A DNA stretch of 62,472 nt, the filler included, from Nemertoderma westbladi (taxonomy: Eukaryota > Animalia > Xenacoelomorpha): NCBI GenBank assembly GCA_032718475.1. It is 3 parts of 3 records of this genome, joined end to end, with 100 filler letters (N's around TTAATTAATTAA, not from the genome) between each part and the next. Parts side by side here need not be neighbours in the genome. Positions count along the whole stretch, not along the records: positions 46,603 to 62,472 come from JAUCBJ010006183.1; 2 more parts are not named here. One strand, written 5' to 3'. The notes beneath the pieces are model-generated. The model was not told the DNA's origin and made no database searches. It saw only the letters and a list, made by a program, of their open reading frames with translations. This document shows, in pieces, positions 57,461 to 62,472 of this stretch; position 1 is the first letter of the stretch, and each line of letters begins with the position of its first letter. A program made the position numbers and the translations under genes.

Positions 57461-58149
57461 GTCCATCCCCCCACCATTTAAATGATACTGTTACCGATAC
57501 TATGTCTAATATGGTTGCAGGCTATATTCATTATACCTAATAATACATTCAGTAACTTTATTATAAGTTTTATCTGTGTTACCAACCACGTGCCATTGGT
57601 GGGTTTTGGTATTTTATATCCTTAGTATTATTTTATTTTAAGATGCTTGGTTGTTGCTAGTACTATGTAAACTTTATAATGTACATCTGTTATAATGGCT
57701 CCAACGAAAACAATTTTTTAGTAAATCTGAACGTTCGGAAAGACCAGCTGTAGTTTAGAGTATGCCGAGACGTATATTATACTAATCGCGGCTACGTTTA
57801 TAAATCTAACTACACTTTTATTCCACAGAATTGTATTTCGGTATCATTAGCCAGCTTGGCCATTGCCATTCTCTATTGTTGCAGTATTATTGAAAAGGCA
57901 ATTTTGTGGAATAAAATTATATATTATGTGATGACCAATAACTTATTTTCCCGCTCACCCCTTTGTGTATGATCAGCGAAAAAACTGCCCATTTACTTTC
58001 CATGCAATAAGTATATTATTTTATATTAACTGCCACTTTTCTCACTTTTTCGCCTTTGTAAGTAGTGGCTGCCATTTATTCGGGTAATTAAAAGTAGCAG
58101 GTGCTGTGCAGCAGCGGGAAAGTTCGCATAAGTAGAAAGTGAGAGTCCC

Positions 58150-60437
58150 GAGCTTCGTGACAGTGGCAATGGCTTCTGCTTGCTGTAGTACCGGTGAGGG
58201 TCCCGGGGGGTGGGGGTAGGAGCTTCGTGACAGTGGTAATGGCCTCTGCTTGCTGTAGTACCGGTGAGGGTCCCGGGGGGTGGGGGTAGGAGCTTCGTGA
58301 CACTGGTAATGGCCTCTGCTTGCTGTAGTACCGGTGAGGGTCCCGGGGGGGTGGGGGTAGGAGCTTCGTGACAGTGGTACTGGCCTCTGCTTGCTGTAGT
58401 ACCGGTGAGGGTCCCGGGGGGTGGGGGTAGGAGCTTCGTGACAGTGGTAATGGCCTCTGCTTGCTGTAGTACCGGTGAGGGTCCCGGGGGGGTGGGGGTA
58501 GGAGCTTCGTGACAGTGGTACTGGCCTTTGCTTGCTGTAGTACCGGTGAGGGTCCCGGGGGGTGGGGGTAGGAGCTTCGTGACAGTGGTAATGGCCTCTG
58601 CTTGCTGTAGTACCGGTGAGGGTCCCGGGGGGTGGGGGTAGGAGCTTCGTGACAGTGGTAATGGCCTCTGCTTGCTGTAGTACCGGTGAGGGTCCCGGGG
58701 GGTGGGGGTAGGAGCTTCGTGACAGTGGTAATGGCCTCTGCTTATTGTGGTACCGGTGAGGGTCCCAGGGGGTGGGGGTTGGAGCTTCGTGACAGTGGTA
58801 ATGGCCTCTGCTTGCTGTAGTACCGGTGAGGGTCCCGGGGGGTGGGGGTAGGAGCTTCGTGACAGTGGTAATGGCCTCTGCTTGATGTAGTACCGGTGAG
58901 GGTCCCGGGGGGTGGGGGTAGGAGCTTCGTGACAGTGGTAATGGCCTCTGCTTGTTGTGGTACCGGTGAGGGTCCCAGGGGGTGGGGGCAGGAGCTTCGT
59001 GACAGTGGTAATGGCCTCTGCTTGTTGTGGTACCGGTGAGGGTCCCAGGGGGTGGGGGTAGGAGCTTCGTGACAGTGGTAATGGCCTCTGCTTGATGTAG
59101 TACCGGTGAGGGTCCCGGGGGGTGGGGGTAGGAGCTTCGTGACAGTGGTAATGGCCTCTGCTTGCTGTAGTACCGGTGAGGGTCCCGGGGGGTGGGGGTA
59201 GGAGCTTCGTGACAGTGGTAATGGCCTCTGCTTATTGTGGTACCGGTGAGGGTCCCAGGGGGTGGGGGTAGGAGCTTCGTGACAGTGGTACTGGCCTCTG
59301 CTTGCTGTAGTACCGGTGAGGGTCCCGGGGGGTGGGGGTAGGAGCTTCGTGACAGTGGTAATGGCCTCTGCTTGCTGTAGTACCGGTGAGGGTCCCGGGG
59401 GGTGGGGGTAGGAGCTTCGTGACAGTGGTAATGGCCTCTGCTTGCTGTAGTACCGGTGAGGGTCCCGGGGGGTGGGGGTAGGAGCTTCGTGACAGTGGTA
59501 ATGGCCTCTGCTTGTTGTGGTACCGGTGAGGGTCCCAGGGGGTGGGGGCAGGAGCTTCGTGACAGTGGTAATGGCCTCTGCTTGTTGTGGTACCGGTGAG
59601 GGTCCCAGGGGGTGGGGGTAGGAGCTTCGTGACAGTGGTACTGGCCTCTGCTTGCTGTAGTACCGGTGAGGGTCCCGGGGGGTGGGGGTAGGAGCTTCGT
59701 GACAGTGGTAATGGCCTCTGCTTGCTGTAGTACCGGTGAGGGTCCCGGGGGGTGGGGGTAGGAGCTTCGTGACAGTGGTAATGGCCTCTGCTTGCTGTAG
59801 TACCGGTGAGGGTCCCGGGGGGTGGGGGTAGGAGCTTCGTGACAGTGGTAATGGCCTCTGCTTGTTGTGGTACCGGTGAGGGTCCCAGGGGGTGGGGGTA
59901 GGAGCTTCGTGACAGTGGTAATGGCCTCTGCTTGTTGTGGTACCGGTGAGGGTCCCAGGGGGTGGGGGTAGGAGCTTCGTGACAGTGGTAATGGCCTCTG
60001 CTTGTTGTGGTACCGGTGAGGGTCCCAGGGGGTGGGGGTTGGAGCTTCGTGACAGTGGTAATGGCCTCTGCTTGCTGTAGTACCGGTGAGGGTCCCGGGG
60101 GGTGGGGGTAGGAGCTTCGTGACAGTGGTAATGGCCTCTGCTTGCTGTAGTACCGGTGAGGGTCCCGGGGGGTGGGGGTAGGAGCTTCGTGACAGTGGTA
60201 ATGGCCTCTGCTTGCTGTAGTACCGGTGAGGGTCCCGGGGGGTGGGGGTAGGAGCTTCGTGACAGTGGTAATGGCCTCTGCTTGCTGTAGTACCGGTGAG
60301 GGTCCCGGGGGGTGGGGGTAGGAGCTTCGTGACAGTGGTAATGGCCTCTGCTTGCTGTAGTACCGGTGAGGGTCCCGGGGGATGGGGGTAGGAGCTTCGT
60401 GACAGTGGTAATGGCCTCTGCTTGATGTAGTACCGGT
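58150..60437. repeat. 70-bp G-rich minisatellite, about 33 copies
   Basis: Unit GACAGTGGTAATGGCCTCTGCTTGCTGTAGTACCGGTGAGGGTCCCGGGGGGTGGGGGTAGGAGCTTCGT. Confidence 0.97.
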
Positions 60438-61131
60438 ATCGCCTGCAATAATATTTTAATAGTTATTCCCATTGATATTCAATTCATTATTTTTATCAAA
60501 TAATAGAGGACATGTGGTGGTCAACCATTTCCATTCCTAAAACTTATGTTACTAAATGTCACTGATCGTGATGATGCAGACGATTTAGGAAGTCATATTG
60601 ATTTATATGGGCTTGCCTTTTCTAGTGCTGTGGCCGCTTGATGTCGTCCAAAAGAGGTAAATACATAGGCCTACTGTACAACAGTAGGCCTATAGAATAC
60701 TTCATAAGGCGGATATATTCTACGCAATGATTAGTATGTCCTGCATCCACTATATCCCTCCCATCTATTGATCGGAACATGAGAGAATGCCAAGCTAATG
60801 CACTCTTTTATCGTTTGGTAATTCTCAGACATCATTCACTCTCATTTAGCGGCGCATTATTACCGTACATATAGTATATGCTACTGCAGTACTTAATTCA
60901 TCAGCCAAACCTTATCATTTATTTAGCTTTCCTAATATCTTGACTTGACGAAATCCTACATCGGCGAAATAATATCTCGACTCAATGTTATATAAGAGAA
61001 AGAAGCAGGATACAGTGGCACGTTATCCAACCAAAATAGTAAACGAAAGTCAATATAACATTAAAAACTATAATGCCCCCGAGATCAATTGCCCCCCAAT
61101 GACACTTACCCACCAAACAATCTGAACCAAA

Positions 61132-61720
61132 CAACCGGACACATGATCAACCGGACACACGATCAACCGGACACGATATCCACCGGACACACTATCAACC
61201 GGACACCAGATTAACCGGACACACGATCAACCGGACACACGATCAACCGGACACACGATCAACCGGACACACGATCAACCGGACACACGATCAACCGGAC
61301 ATCGATCAACCGGACACACGATCAACCGGACACCATATCCACCGGACACAAGATCAACAGGATACCAGATCAACCGGGCACCATATCAACCGGGCACCAT
61401 ATCAACCGGACACCCGATCTACCGGACACCATATCCACCGGACTCCAGATCAACAGGACACCATATCCACCCTACACCCGATCAACCGGACACCACATCC
61501 ATCGTACACCAGATTAACTGAACACCCTATCCACCAGACACCTGATCAATCGAACACCATATCAACTGAACACCATATAACGAACACCGTTTAAAAAGAA
61601 ACCAGACACAAGATCCACAGAATATCGGTACCAGATCAACCGAACACTAGATCCACCAGATACCTGATCAATCGAACACCGTTTAAAAGGAAACCGGACA
61701 AAAGATGCACAGAATATCGG
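61132..61720. repeat. 16-bp minisatellite, degenerating rightwards
   Basis: Unit CAACCGGACACACGAT. Confidence 0.9.
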
Positions 61721-62472
61721 GCACCTGATGAACCTGACATAATTTCCTTGGATTCCGCATCCAAGGATCTGATCCTCCAACAAGCATCATGATTATTCGC
61801 GGGCTTAACAACACAATATTTATACCTTGTACACTATATATATATATATATACACTACATATTACCAATAATGGGTTACTGAATTTCCAAAAGCGGTATA
61901 AAACACCATTATACTGTAGAAGCAACGTCTCAATAGCGGGATGGGGATACTGTACTGCTATCGCAGCAGCGCCCAGCTGTCATCTGGCACTGGCATGGCT
62001 GACACAGAGGTAACTCTGACAGTGTAACCATAAATTATGATTTGGTTTGCTCATAAACTAATTTATGGACATGGCCGAACATAAAATAGTTTTTAATTGG
62101 TACAATTCAGCCACCATATAGCTTAATTATAATGCCGCGTTCATCCATACAATTAAGTGGATGCTTCACTACTTCAGCAAACCCGAAGCTAACCTTTATT
62201 CATGTGGAGTATATTTATATGAGAAATACATTTAATTGTATTTCCTAGAATTCCCACACCTACACACCTAGATACTATGTAATTGTCCTACTCACACATG
62301 ATACCCGTTTGTCCTTCTGTGATATAGAAAGTGCAACATCCTGTTCGTTGTACAGGGCACCAGGTATTCCGGTACCGTGAACCAAAGATAGCAAGCAATA
62401 GCAATGTGTCTACGTGAGCGAAACCTGAAGCCATAATGTGTCCATTCCCCAGTTGGCTATAGTTGGGCCTAC

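Noticed and set aside
58742-60472. 576-aa Pro/Thr-rich ORF
   Set aside because: The 70-bp unit cycles through all three frames without stops; not a credible protein.

Overview
AT-rich, repeat-dense invertebrate animal genomic DNA. It consists of three contig pieces joined by two artificial 100-bp N/TTAATTAATTAA spacers, so order across 31952-32051 and 46503-46602 is not guaranteed. Host genes are an intronless NUP50 (+), a three-coding-exon DYNLT1/Tctex-1 (+), an intronless classical SDR (-), the last three coding exons of an AMFR/gp78-like G2BR gene (+), and an intronless IQUB (-) that appears to lie inside the last intron of that AMFR-like gene. The dominant feature is a young 16.8-kb BEL/Pao LTR retrotransposon (4899-21708) with ~99% identical LTRs and a TTGCC target-site duplication (TSD). 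It is unusual in having no tRNA-type primer-binding site (PBS; the PBS position instead pairs with the element's own sequences), a 1.9-kb leader, a very long Gag N-terminus, a 1.7-kb structured region after pol with a duplicated covarying pseudoknot-like unit, and a decayed non-env third ORF with a basic tail. The window also holds an intact LINE whose ORF1 and ORF2 are in frame across one UGA, a second decayed BEL, three LINE fragments, many non-autonomous DNA transposons with readable TSDs (piggyBac-, hAT-, Sola-, MULE-like), several minisatellites, and direct evidence of TA-flanked excision footprints. All calls come from manual motif reading; no database search or folding program was run.
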